In this document: piece by piece, positions 43,707 through 56,234 of the stretch
Numbering within the stretch: the first letter of the stretch is position 1
How the letters are laid out: every line of letters begins with the position of its first letter
The notes under the pieces: model-generated
What the model was told of the DNA's origin: nothing
Seen by the model: only the letters and a program-made list of their open reading frames with translations
The model's database searches: none
Program-made: the position numbers and the translations under genes
Origin: Octopus sinensis
Lineage: Eukaryota
DNA length: 64,000 nucleotides
NCBI RefSeq assembly: GCF_006345805.1
Contig: NC_043000.1
Span: 28,334,001-28,398,000, forward strand
Direction: 5' to 3'

Positions 43707-43763
<57 letters not shown>

Positions 43764-43935
43764 GTCGGACTTTTTTTCAGTTTCTGTCAAACAAATCTGC
43801 TCACAAAGCTCAAAGATGTAGTCGTCCCGAGGCTATAGTAGAAGACACATGCCCAAGGTGCCAAACAGTGGTATTAAACCCGGAACCATGTGGCTGGAAA
43901 GCAAGCTTCTTACCACACAGCCACGCCTGCGCCTA
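43440..43935 (-). mobile_element. Bipartite S1 SINE with an internal (TA)n
   Basis: Head at ~43935 (ggcgcaggcgtggctgtgtggtaagaagcttgc); tail at 43440-43620. Confidence 0.75.
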
Positions 43936-44398
43936 TGTATAGAATAAAACAATAGCACTTATATATGCAGGCATGCATATATATATATTAATGTATAGAT
44001 AAATAGAGATAATTGTATGTGTCTACAAAACCATCCATTTGCCGGGACTGTCGAGTTTCCACGAATATTTCCAGTATCCACTTCTACTTACACACAAATA
44101 CATTAAGCTTACTAACTCACACAAAATTAGGTTTAGGTTTTTCTGCCTATAAAACAGTGCCAAGGCCATCACACAACACAGTCGCATCTACATCCACACA
44201 GAAGCTTCTCCAATAGCATCTTGCAATTAAAGGAATGCATTAGCTATCTTTCGAAAGTACAATTATATCTATTTTCACCAGTGACACCAGCCAGACGAGC
44301 TGCACGTCTAATGACTTCAAAGGAAGTAGCAATCACCACTTATTTTAATTTTATGTCTAAGAAGATGGAAACGTCTAGTAACCTACCTTAATCTAGAG

Positions 44399-44670
44399 TA
44401 GTGGTTGCGAACCGGGGTTCACATGGACCTTGGGGGTCCATATAAGATTTAGTTGCTAAAATTTATGCGCAATAAATTGATTGTACTTCTACAATATACA
44501 AAAGAGTTTAACATTTTTTTAAAATTTTATTCCTAATAATATTTAATTCCAAAATATAATATGGGCTATGAGGACAAAATACAGCAAATTAGAATAGGTA
44601 TGAGGGCCCAGTTTAGTAAAGCAGCAGTCAAATGGGTCTAGACGAATAAAGCCTAACCCCCCCCCCCGCT
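44399..44670. mobile_element. Decayed hAT-type MITE
   Basis: Left end agtggttgcgaaccggggttc resembles CAGTGGTTCTCAAC-type TIRs; the right end is degenerate. Confidence 0.35.
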
Positions 44671-44711
44671 ACTGTAACATGGAATATTGTTGATACAGCT
44701 TATCCAAGTTG

Positions 44712-45120
44712 CAATAAATTATGTAACTGAAGGCAGTGAGCTGGCAGAAACGTTAGCACGCTGGGCCAAATGCTTATCGGTATTTCGTCTGCCGCTACGT
44801 TCTCAGTTCAAATTCCGCCGATGTCGACTTTGCCTTTCATCCTTTCGGGATCGATTAAATAAGTACCAGTTACACACTGGGGTCGATATAATCGACTTAA
44901 TCCGTTTGTCTGTCCTCTTTGTGTTTAGCCTCTTGTGGGTAGTAAAGAAATCGGTATTTCGTCTGGCGCTACGTTCTGTGTTCAAATTCCGCCGAGGTCG
45001 ACTTTGCCTTTCATTCTTTCGGGGTCGATTAAATAAGTACCATTTGCGTACTGAGGTGGATTTAATCGACTGGCGCCATCCTCAAAAGTTTCGGGCCTTG
45101 TGCCTAGAGTACAAAGGAAT
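44712..45120 (+). mobile_element. S2 SINE with head plus two bodies
   Basis: aggcagtgagctggcagaaacg head; the body restarts at gtagtaaagaaatcGGTATTTCGTCTG (~44950). Confidence 0.85.
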
Positions 45121-45480
45121 AAATTATGTACCTGTATAGTTTGCTTATCTGCAAATTTTCAGGATGAAAAACACCCAGTAATATCACTCGACAGAAATAT
45201 CATAAATGAGCCTTAATGCGCAAAAAATTTCCATAGATTGTACATTATCATTTCAAGCGAAACAATTTCGAGAACCCCGCGAATATAATTCTTTACGACT
45301 CAGAAAGAATTGTCTTCTTGAGTTTATTTAGAGTCTAAAATAAATTCGAAGTTGAGATCGACTTTGGTCTATAATAACAACAAGCGAGTGTATTTATATT
45401 CATTTGAAATTTGTGGTTTAAACGCATTTTTATCGGCGGCAAATAGTGAATAAAGTACTAATAAATGAACAATTGTTAAT

Positions 45481-45567
<87 letters not shown>
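45481..45567. repeat. (TCTA)n array at the 5' junction of Tx1 copy 2
   Basis: Seen directly. Confidence 0.97.
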
Positions 45568-45568
<1 letters not shown>

Positions 45569-48500
45569 AGTAACCCTCTGTATTCTAATTCATTAGAACT
45601 ATGATCAAGATTGGTTGTGTAAATGCGCGTGGCTTGGGGTCCCCTTGGAAACAAGGGTACCTCTTAAATGACATAAAGTCACATAAGTTAGAAATCATAG
45701 CCATAAGCGAGACCAGACTCCACAATCCGCGGGCCCTAAAGACCATGTTTGGCGGACAGTTCAACATTTATTTTCCCCCTGTCTGCCGAGAATGGGCGGT
45801 AGTGGCACCGCGGTACTTTTTCACAAGAGTCTGGATCTCAATGTAAGGAAAATGTTCGTAGACCCGGAGGGTAGACTGGTCGTCCTGGATGTCGACGGCA
45901 GCAATGGGTGCGCTTTTCGACTCGTATCAGTTTACGCACCGCCCTTAACAGGTCGGGCGGATTTCTTTCAACGTCTAGAAGTTTTCTTGGGAACGTCTCG
46001 TCCTTTACTCTTAGTGGGGGATTGGACACGCATGTAGACTACGTGGGTAGAGATAGGAATAGACGGGGATGCAAATGCCTCAGAGACCTGCTCAGACGCT
46101 TTCAACTGTCTGACAGGTTCCGACTAGACCACCCGAATGCGCCAACGTGGACATGGAGCAACCGCATCGGGTCGTCGAGATCGTATCTAGATAGGATACT
46201 GTGTAGGACAGTAGATAGAGATAGCATAGGATGTCCACAATTCCACATAGTCAGCTACCACGGATCACAAACTTGTGACATGTACGCTAGACTTAGGTAA
46301 GACACTTAGGCAGGGTCCCGGATACTGGAAACTAAACGCGTCTTCCCATCGAGACAAGTTTTCAGAGACCGGATTAGCACACTAGTAAAGAGGGCTTTGA
46401 CGGGAGCCATCATCAACAACAAATGGTGGTTTGCCCTCAAAAGAGCAGTAAAAGCAGAAGCGATTAGGTACAGCAAAGCACTAGCCATAGATAGAAATAG
46501 AGTAGAGGGTGAGCTAGTTAAGAAGCTAGAAGAGGCAATTAGAAGCGGCATCGCATCCGACGTTTTGGCGGCGAGGTTGGCCCTCGACCAACACTTCAAC
46601 GCCAAACACGAAGGATGTGCTGTCAGAGCTAGGATGCGTGCTCTAAGGAACGAAGGTGTTGGAGCCGCGAGAGAGGCCCGGGTGGCAGAGGCGCAACAGG
46701 GCAACAAAGCACCATTCGGTCTCTGGTAGATGAACAGGGGCGCGAATTGCTCGAGCCAAGTAAAATGTGTGAGGCCTTTCAGCAGCATTTTGCCCGACTG
46801 TTCGGAACGAGTGGAGGGCAAGAACGTAGGGTGGACTTCAGTGCCTACCTACATAGCCTACCACGACTCTCGACAAGAAAGGCAGGGTGCTGCGAAGGTG
46901 CCATCACGGCGGCGGAAGTGCGGGAAGCGATGGCAGAATGCTCGAGGGACAAATCACCGGGTTTGGATGGTCTACCCTACGAGCTTTACAATTGTATGCC
47001 AGACTTGTTTGGAGATCTCTTGGCGGCGGTGTACTGCAACTGGCAGCAAAACGGGAGCATTCCTGGTTTTGTGAGCCGAGGAGCCGTAACACTGCTGAAG
47101 AAAGATCTAAACAAGGGAAATGTAATAGATAACTTTAGGCCCATCACTCTGCTTAATGCAGACTTGAAAATTTTGGCCAAGGTGCTAGCCAAGAGGTTGG
47201 CGCTTGTCATCGAGAAACTGGTCGACAAGGCGCAAACATGCGCCGTGCCAGGCCGGACCATCCATGACAACCTCCATCTGATGCGCTACATCATAGACAG
47301 GGTAGTTAACGAACCTGGCATGGGTGGGGCCCTGATCAACTTGGATCAATCGAAAGCCTTTGATAGGGTGGACCATCGATACTTGGAGGCAGTCCTGAGA
47401 GCGGCTGGTTTCGGGCCCGTCTTCCGCGGCTGGATAGCTGCCTTGTACAGAGGCATCCGTTCGGTAATTCGCGTAAATGGACATCTATCGAGACCTTTCG
47501 ACATTGCACGTTCGGTCCGTCAGGGATGCCCCCTCTCGGCGCTTCTATACGTATTGACTCTTGAGCCACTACTGCGGAAGCTGGCGACTCTAAGGGGCAT
47601 CCCGCGAGAATTGGGATGCGGGACGAGCGTGTCTGCATACGCAGACGGAAGACGTCACCGTCATAGTGTCTAGCCACGAGCACATCGAGCTGGTCGGCGA
47701 GACACTGAAAAACTACGAAGCGGTGACAGGAGCGAAAATCAACCGGGAAAAGTCAGTGGGCTTGCGACTAGGCACCTGGAGAAGCAAGCCCATGCCGTCC
47801 ACCAGCGCCTCCGTCGTGGGACGCTGGACCGACGGCCCGGTTGAGTTGCTCGGGTCTGGTTTGGTCCGGACCTCCAAGTGGAGAAGAACTGGAACGAGAT
47901 AACGAGTAGGGTGGTCACTCTCGCCCGGCAATGGGCCGAGAGGAAACTGTCCCTAAAAGGTCGAGCGGAGGTGGCGAACACGTACATCGCGTCAGTCATC
48001 TACTACCGCCTGACCGTCGTACCTTGTCCCGACCCTACCATCACCAAACTACAACGCATCCTCTTTCGCTTCTTGTGGAAAGGATGCGTCCCGATGGTCA
48101 GGCGATCCATTTGCTGTCAACACCGTTAAAAGGAGGGCTGGGCATGCCGTGGTTGATGATGCGCAGACACGCGCTGAGACTGCGACATCTCTGGCTCTAT
48201 GTAGACGACGGTGAACAGGTGTGGTCGCCGTTTGTGAGGCACGCTTTCCCGCAGCTCGTCTCCATGACCGAACTGCAGTCGTGGATCAAAAAGAGGCCGA
48301 GGAAGGGCGAATGGCACCGCGAGTGTCGCGTTGCTCTGAAGCACTCTGCCGTCCTGGGTCGACCTTAAGTGACTTCAACACAACCAAAGCATTCTATAGG
48401 GGTTTAGTGGAGGGGAGGTACGACGACGAGCTCGGGGCGAACCTGGACGTCGACGAGGAGTACCTGACCCGCCTGTTCGGGACGACTTTCGGGCCAGGGC

Positions 48501-49417
48501 CCATGGACAACTTCCAGAGATCCTGGCCTGGCAGTGCTACCGAGAAGCGCTACCCGTTCGGGATAAGCTCTACAGACACGGCCGAGAAACACGGGGCCGA
48601 CCTGCCCGAGATGCGGTCAGAGCGACGGAAACCGTTCTGCACGCACTCGTTCAGTGTCCAACAATTTCCGACCTGTGGGCTTATGTCGAACGACTGCTGT
48701 CACGTGTGGGACGAGTCGGTTTATCAGCTGAGTTTATCGTCAATATTGTCACGCCTCCTTCCTTCAAACGGGATGGAAGAGCTATTTTCATCATCCTTGT
48801 GGCTATGGCGAAAGAATGTATCTGGTGGACGCGTCTGAAAGGATTGGAGACAAACACTTTCCTCTCTGGTCAATCTCTCATCAACTTCTTCAAGTACCAC
48901 TTGAAAAGGAAAGTGAGAGTAGAGAGGCAAGTTTTGTCTAGCGAATGTTTTAAAAAAAGATGGGTGAATGTAGCAAGAATGGCACGTATGAATGACGAAG
49001 CCACCATGAGCATAGTCCTATGAACCCAGAAATCGAAAACAGAGAGTTGCTTATTTGCAAAAAAAAAAAAAAAAAAAAAAAGAAATATAAAATGTGACTT
49101 CATTGACCGAGGTTACCGTGGTCTTTTCCGTAGGCTTTTCTTTCCACGGGTAAACCTCACCTGTCCTCCCCTTTACACTTCATATTGACATTTCTGTGAT
49201 AACGATCCCTATTGATCATTTTTTTTTCCTCTCCCCCTTTTTTTTTTTTTTTTTAACCCCCTTTTTTTGTCCTCTTTCTCTCCTTTTACGATCCCTTTTG
49301 ATCGAAACTCCCCCTTCCCTTTTTTTTTTTTTTTTTTTTTTTAAACCTTCAAAAGAAAAGCGCTACCTTGTAATTTGTTCTATCTGTGTGCAGCCCTGTG
49401 TGGCTAATAAAGAAACA
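45567..49417 (+). mobile_element. Tx1/L1-clade retrotransposon copy 2 (ORF2 plus 3' UTR only)
   Basis: Collinear with the reverse complement of copy 1 from the ORF1 stop onward; the 3' end ggctaataaagaaacata joins (TCTA)n. Confidence 0.93.
45601..49023 (+). pseudogene. Tx1 ORF2 (APE-RT-CCHC); frameshifted
   Basis: MIKIGCVNARGL, IIAISETRL, LVSVYAP, KSPGLDGLPYE, FRPITLLNADLKILAKVLAKRL, VRQGCPLS, and the end ARMNDEATMSIVL*. Confidence 0.92.
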
Positions 49418-49455
<38 letters not shown>

Positions 49456-49495
49456 CCTAACTGACCTTTTATCTCCCTCTCTCTCTCTCTCTATA

Positions 49496-49537
<42 letters not shown>

Positions 49538-49717
49538 ATTCAAATAAGTGGTGATTGGTATTTCCTTTGAAGTCATTAATTGTGTAGCTCGTCTGGCTGG
49601 TGCCACTGGAGAAAATAGATATACTAGTACTTTCGAAATACAGTTAATGCATTCTGTTATATACATATATATATTTGCATGTATGAATGTTGTATATAAA
49701 TACACATATATATACAT

Positions 49718-49810
<93 letters not shown>

Positions 49811-49929
49811 CCATGCATGGAAATATGCATAAATATCCACATACATCAAGTTACACACACTTATATATAATAGTGTATTTGTTAGTATACACACACATAT
49901 ACATGTATATAGAGAGATACCGAACTACT

Positions 49930-50022
49930 CATCTAGCTAGATAGCTAGACAATCAGACAGACAGATAGATAGACAGACAGATAAATAGGCAGACAGACAT
50001 ACAGAAGACAGATAGATAGATT

Positions 50023-50086
<64 letters not shown>

Positions 50087-50090
50087 TATT
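49930..50090. repeat. (GATA)n/(GACA)n array, unoccupied
   Basis: Seen directly. Confidence 0.9.
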
Positions 50091-50989
50091 CTTGTCTCCA
50101 ACATAGTATGAATATCCGTTCCATATTCTTCAATCAATCCCAAATTTATATTCCCAATTCCTGTGTACATATCCATGGGTGTGTCATACTCTTGTCTGCA
50201 TATATCCGTAAATGGGCATGCATATATAGAAAGAATTCTAAGTATACACACAGCTACGTTCTCCTATATTAGACCCTGTACATCTGTGTGTATATATGCG
50301 TGCTAGTGTGTGTACATGTCTCTTAGGCATACATATTTACGTTCCTTTATACACACATACAAAGACTTCTCTATAAATCAACTTTTATTTGGCAAAATCT
50401 CCAATTGTCTACCTGCTTCTCCTCTTTCACCCACTACCTGAACAAACACACTTCGCTGTCTTATATTTCATGGGAAGAAATGATGAGAATTTAAAAGCAT
50501 GATACTGGAACATATTGGATGCATGCTTGTACTTGCTGTGTACATTACTCAATACGCAAAGGTTATCTTCAAAGAGAATATATTAAAAGATCGATGACGC
50601 GTTCTCTCAGGCCAGCATCTTAAGTTGCCTTAGTTTGGTTACGTTGTAGTATTATAAACAATCTGAATATTTTGCTTAATATGTGGACATTTGCAAAATC
50701 CGGATGAGAGTCACGTAACAACCATTTGTTGGCTGATACACGCTGATGTATGAAAATGACTTTTGCAAGACATACACACACGCACGGATAGGCTAAAACA
50801 TGCACAGGTACACACATCAAACCATTAAATACTCGCACACACACGCCAACACGCACACACACATACGCAAAAGGACAACGCATAAACACACGAATATATT
50901 TTCACATACGTAAAAACATAGATATATTATACAGACATATACACACTAACTTTATGTATATACATTAAAAGATAGATAGATATAGATAG

Positions 50990-51018
50990 TTAGCTAGCTA
51001 ACTAGCTAGCTAGCTAGC

Positions 51019-51091
<73 letters not shown>

Positions 51092-51120
51092 GGATAGATA
51101 GATAGATAGATAGATAGATG

Positions 51121-51188
<68 letters not shown>

Positions 51189-51190
51189 TA
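50990..51190. repeat. (GCTA)n/(GATA)n array, unoccupied
   Basis: Seen directly. Confidence 0.92.
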
Positions 51191-51446
51191 AACACACATA
51201 CAAACACAAATACACACGTTTTCCTTTCTCATTGTATTCAACGTTTTTTCATATATGCATGTATATATACATATATATGTAGGTATGTACATATATGTAT
51301 GTATATATGCATATATTCATATATTATCTATATGATCGAGCGCCACGCATCCTTTTCCAAGTAAGTTTTATATATATATATATACATACATACATACAGA
51401 GGGAGACATACAGACAGACAGAGATACTGATATATATATATATGTA

Positions 51447-51499
<53 letters not shown>

Positions 51500-51509
<10 letters not shown>

Positions 51510-51950
51510 TATACATATGTATATGTATATAGATATTATATACAGAGGCATTACTGTTTGCTTTTACATCAAGTTATAGATAAAAACAACCTAACATTAA
51601 ACCCTGGGATTATTCACTTGATTTACCAGAGTGTGTGTTTATTGAACCAGTGCAAGAAGAAGGTCGACTGTCACTTCAAAGTATTATCATGCGGACCTTC
51701 AATATGGATGGTTAAGTAGATAGAGAGCCATATGCGCATATACATACACATCTATATTTTAGAAGTGCATATATAGGTGTGGGAGTGGCTGTGTGGTAAG
51801 TACTTTGCTTAGGAGCTACATGGTTTCGGGTTCAGTTCCACTGCGTGGCAACTTGGACAAGTGTCTTCTACTATAGCCTTGGGCCAACCAAAGCCCTGTG
51901 AGTGGACTTGGTAGACGGAAACTGAAAGAAGCCCGTCGTATGTATGTATG

Positions 51951-52008
<58 letters not shown>

Positions 52009-52450
52009 CAATGTATACATATGTATATGTATATAGATATTATATACAGAGGCATTACTGTTTGCTTTTACATCAAGTTATAGATAAAAACAACCTAACA
52101 TTAAACCCTGGGATTATTCACTTGATTTACCAGAGTGTGTGTTTATTGAACCAGTGCAAGAAGAAGGTCGACTGTCACTTCAAAGTATTATCATGCGGAC
52201 CTTCAATATGGATGGTTAAGTAGATAGAGAGCCATATGCGCATATACATACACATCTATATTTTAGAAGTGCATATATAGGTGTGGGAGTGGCTGTGTGG
52301 TAAGTACTTTGCTTAGGAGCTACATGGTTTCGGGTTCAGTTCCACTGCGTGGCAACTTGGACAAGTGTCTTCTACTATAGCCTTGGGCCAACCAAAGCCC
52401 TGTGAGTGGACTTGGTAGACGGAAACTGAAAGAAGCCCGTCGTATGTATG

Positions 52451-52455
<5 letters not shown>
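51500..52455 (+). repeat. Tandem duplication (period ~504 bp) of unique sequence plus an S1 SINE head, bounded by (TA)n
   Basis: caatgtatacat occurs at 51505 and 52009, followed by apparently identical sequence. Confidence 0.9.
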
Positions 52456-52499
<44 letters not shown>

Positions 52500-53045
52500 T
52501 TGTGTGACTGTGTTTGTCCCCCACCATCACTTGACAACCGATGCTGGTGTGTTTACGTCCCCTTTACTTAGCGTTTCAGCAATAGAACCGGATATAATAA
52601 GTAATAGGCTTACAAAGAATAAATCCTGAGGTCGATGTACTCGACTAAAGCGGTGCTCCAGCTTGGCCACAGTCAAATGACTGGAACAAATAAAAGAGTA
52701 AAAGAGTATATGCACAGGCGGTTCCAGGCTCAATCCTACAGCGTGTAATCTTGGGCAATTGTCTTCTGCTATAAGCTCAAGCCGACCAAAGCCTTGTGAG
52801 TGGAATTAGTAGACGGAAACTGAAAGAAGCCCATTGTATATATGTATATCTGTGTGTGTCTTTTTGTGTTTGTGTTTGTCGTCCACGTCTGCTTGACAAC
52901 CGGTGTCTGTGCCTTTATGTCCTCGTAAAACTAGCAGTTTGGTAAAAGCGACCACTAAAATAAGCACCAAATAGATTCCACTAGGTTCGACTACAATTCT
53001 TCGAGGCGTTGCCTTAGCATGGTCACCTAATAAACTGAAACAAAT
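52280..53045 (+). mobile_element. Two adjacent S1 SINEs
   Basis: Full copy at 52280-52710 and an older copy at 52710-53045. Confidence 0.75.
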
Positions 53046-53112
53046 ATAAATATAAAAGTTAACAACGTATAATATGCATTCATACATATATACATACACA
53101 TACATGCATACG

Positions 53113-53121
53113 TACACACAG

Positions 53122-53160
<39 letters not shown>

Positions 53161-53390
53161 TACACACACATATACAGCAATCCCTTGCCATAGCGCGGTT
53201 CACCTATCGCGGTTCGCCTATCGCGATTTATTAGTTAAGTTTACAGCGAGTCCTCCGTTGTGCTGTTTTGCATTTTAGAATAAAATAAATATATACATAT
53301 TATAAAAATAATAATAAAAATATACAATACTGTTTCAACTTCGCGGATTTTCATCTGTCGCGGGGATTTTGGATCGTAACACTCGCGACA
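53113..53390. mobile_element. Tigger/pogo-like MITE
   Basis: tacagcaatcccttgccatagcgcggttcacctatcgcgg; the same family is inverted at 62140-62362. Confidence 0.6.
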
Positions 53391-53989
53391 TAGTGACTTT
53401 TTAAAATCTTCGTTTCTTCTCCGGGGATAACCGCCTCTAAGGGAATACATTCTAGCTTTTCTGTATCATGCCTGAATTTCAACAAACGTAATATAATTTA
53501 GCAGTAGTACCTGCTTGAACAGGTACTACTGCTTATACAAAGCGTCCTTTTCTTCTTTATCCTCTCTTCCCCTTTGTTCTTCTTCTCCCCGCCCTCCCTC
53601 CTTATATTATATCAAACCACTCATAATATAACCATTTTCTCGCATAATTCTCTTCCATTCCATTCCATTCCATCTCTTCCCTTCCTTCATTCATTCTTGC
53701 TTTAAAATTATATATTCAGGCTTCAAGCTGATTCAAGTTTGCCGTTCAAAACACCGTAAGCGGTGAAACAGAATTTTAAATCTGTAAGACATCTTTCATA
53801 ATCAAATATATTTAAATCTACTTTCAGAAGCCTGGCTACATAATTAGCTGGCGAACGCTCTTATCATACACGCACACAAAAAAAAAAATGACTGAACACA
53901 CACACACACAAACACAAAATATATGTATGTATGTGTGTATTTCTTTGGGCGGAAACGCATAAAAGAATAAAAGAATATATATTCTTTTC

Positions 53990-54825
53990 TACTCTGGAGC
54001 ACCGCCTTTCAGTGTTTTGAGGTTTCTTTTCTGCACTGTTTTTGGTGTAGAAGCGAGTTAGACGGAGCTGCTCTTCTTCGAGCTTCCTGCCGCGATATGG
54101 GTTCAAATGGAATTTCAGATAGAAATTTCTTCAGGTGCTTTTTGAAGGTTTCCACATTTACACCTTGCGGGTCTCTTAGACTCCTTGGCAGGATTTTAAA
54201 CAGCTGAGGTTCCTTGAATCCCAAGCTGTTGCAATACTGGGTCCTTATCTGAGATGAAGAAGATGGTATCTTTGGTATTATTCAATGCCGCCCAGTTCGG
54301 TGGTTGGTATTGCTTTTAATTCCAAATTTGGAAGTTAGACGTTCCAGGATCTTCTATATGTATATCACAGCATTCTTTACTCGCCTTCTTTCCAGAGAGT
54401 AGAGCTTCAGTTATCGTAGCCACTCCCAGTAGCCTATCTGTTTCACCAAGTCAATCTTCTTTGTGTAGTGGCGCTGGATTACCTCAAGTTCTACCACCAA
54501 TTTGACGCTCTGCGGCGACCACAGTTGGGAGCAGTAATCCAGACGACCGAGGGCAAATCTCCTCCATATGAGTAGCAAGGCTTCCTTATTCCTGGTCCTA
54601 AATGATCCAAGGATCAACCCACTTGCACAATGTTGCCATCATTGAAATATGCACATTGAATTTTACATCATATGGATTCCCAGGTCATGCACCGATTATA
54701 ATTCTGGCATTACGTTGCTCCCCGTTCATGTGTATTCCGATTGTAGGCTGTTCGTGGGCCGACTTTTCAGCATTGAACTGCATGTTATTTTCATTAGTTC
54801 ATTTGTATATTGCATGCATGTCATT
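53990..54825 (-). mobile_element. Decayed CR1/L2-type LINE 3' part
   Basis: NNMQFNAEK, ILGSFRTRNKEALL..LGRLDYCSQLWSP...LEVIQRHYTKKI, PQLFKILPRSLRD..VETFKKHLKKFLSEIP. Confidence 0.75.
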
Positions 54826-54843
54826 TGACCACCTGATATACTT

Positions 54844-54846
<3 letters not shown>

Positions 54847-54909
<63 letters not shown>

Positions 54910-54950
54910 CATACATACATACATACATACATACATACATACTACATACA

Positions 54951-54978
<28 letters not shown>
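54847..54978. repeat. (GATA)n(CATA)n array
   Basis: Seen directly. Confidence 0.92.
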
Positions 54979-54981
<3 letters not shown>

Positions 54982-55160
54982 GGCTGGTTTATGGAGTTTT
55001 CCTGGGCGTCAGGCCCTAAAGCGTTTAGCTTAACATCGTTTTTTCAGGCCCTAAACCTGTTGGTCTAAAACCCGCTGGAAACTTTCGGTCTGAACAGACG
55101 CTATAAAGCTAAGTGCTATATGGACGTGACACATTGGGTGACCATATAAACCGGCCATAT
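54978..55160. mobile_element. Small MITE (~180 bp)
   Basis: TIRs atatggctggtttatgg / ccatataaaccggccatat. Confidence 0.55.
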
Positions 55161-55233
55161 GTATCTTTGTCTATATATTCTACAGTTCGATAACTTAGAG
55201 TTTGCTTCTTTTCGGATTTATGATTTACTGACG

Positions 55234-55310
<77 letters not shown>

Positions 55311-55414
55311 AGATGGATATATATATCTCTTATTATAATATATATATATATATTCTTCTTTTGTATTGGTAGCTATACTATATAAATGTGTCTGTGTATG
55401 TATGTATATACAAC

Positions 55415-55464
<50 letters not shown>

Positions 55465-55660
55465 ATATTAATATATATTATCATTTATCAATTATATTTT
55501 TAGGTTTCTACCAGGCAGCACCATCATGCTGGCATAGTAGTCAAAATGACCAAACCACAAGTTATCATTTAAACACTAAGTCGAAAGCGGGAAAATTAAT
55601 AAAATCCTTAAGAAACCCGTAACAATAACGAAAATAATTCAAAATTAAAAAGTCAGGCAT

Positions 55661-55716
55661 ACCCGTATCACTGTGATTTCGAACTTTGAGAAATACTCTT
55701 TGTTCTCGTCAGCGAT
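55661..55716 (-). ncRNA. Type I minimal hammerhead ribozyme
   Basis: atcg-CTGACGA-gaac[aaa gag tattt ctc aaa]gttc-GAA-ATCAC-a-GTGAT-A-cgggt: intact core, GAAC/GTTC stem II, palindromic stem III, AUA triplet, short stem I. Confidence 0.75.
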
Positions 55717-56183
55717 TCTTACTTACACACAGGGTTGTAGAGCTTATTCCTCTCAAACAATGGGTGTGATGACCTTTTTAATGCTGCAGCAAATTTTAAA
55801 AGGTGATCGATGGGAATAAAAATTATTTAAATATATATATATAGGGAAATCATTGTTTATAATATCAATGGTTTAGCATGAGTAAAAATACCTATAACGC
55901 TATAAATTATCAATTAATAATTTAGGCTTCTAACAGGTACTACCAGTATGCTGACGTAGCAGTCAAAATAACTAAACCACAAATTACCACTGAAACACTA
56001 AAATGAAAGTGGACAAATGAATAAAAAACGTACGAACCCCCATACCAATAACGAAAATGACCGAAAATTGAAGTGTCCGTCATATATTTCGATCACCCTT
56101 TTAAATTTCCTGCGGCATTAAAAAAATTCATCAGAGACATTAGTTGAGATGAATAAACTCTACAATCTTGAGAGTTAGTAAGC

Positions 56184-56234
56184 CTCGCTGACGAGAACTA
56201 AGTTCTCAAAGTTCGAAATCACAGTAATACTGGT
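56184..56234 (+). ncRNA. Second, partly decayed copy of the same hammerhead
   Basis: ctcg-CTGACGA-gaac..gttc-GAAATCACAGTAATA-ctgg, with mismatches in stems I and III. Confidence 0.55.
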
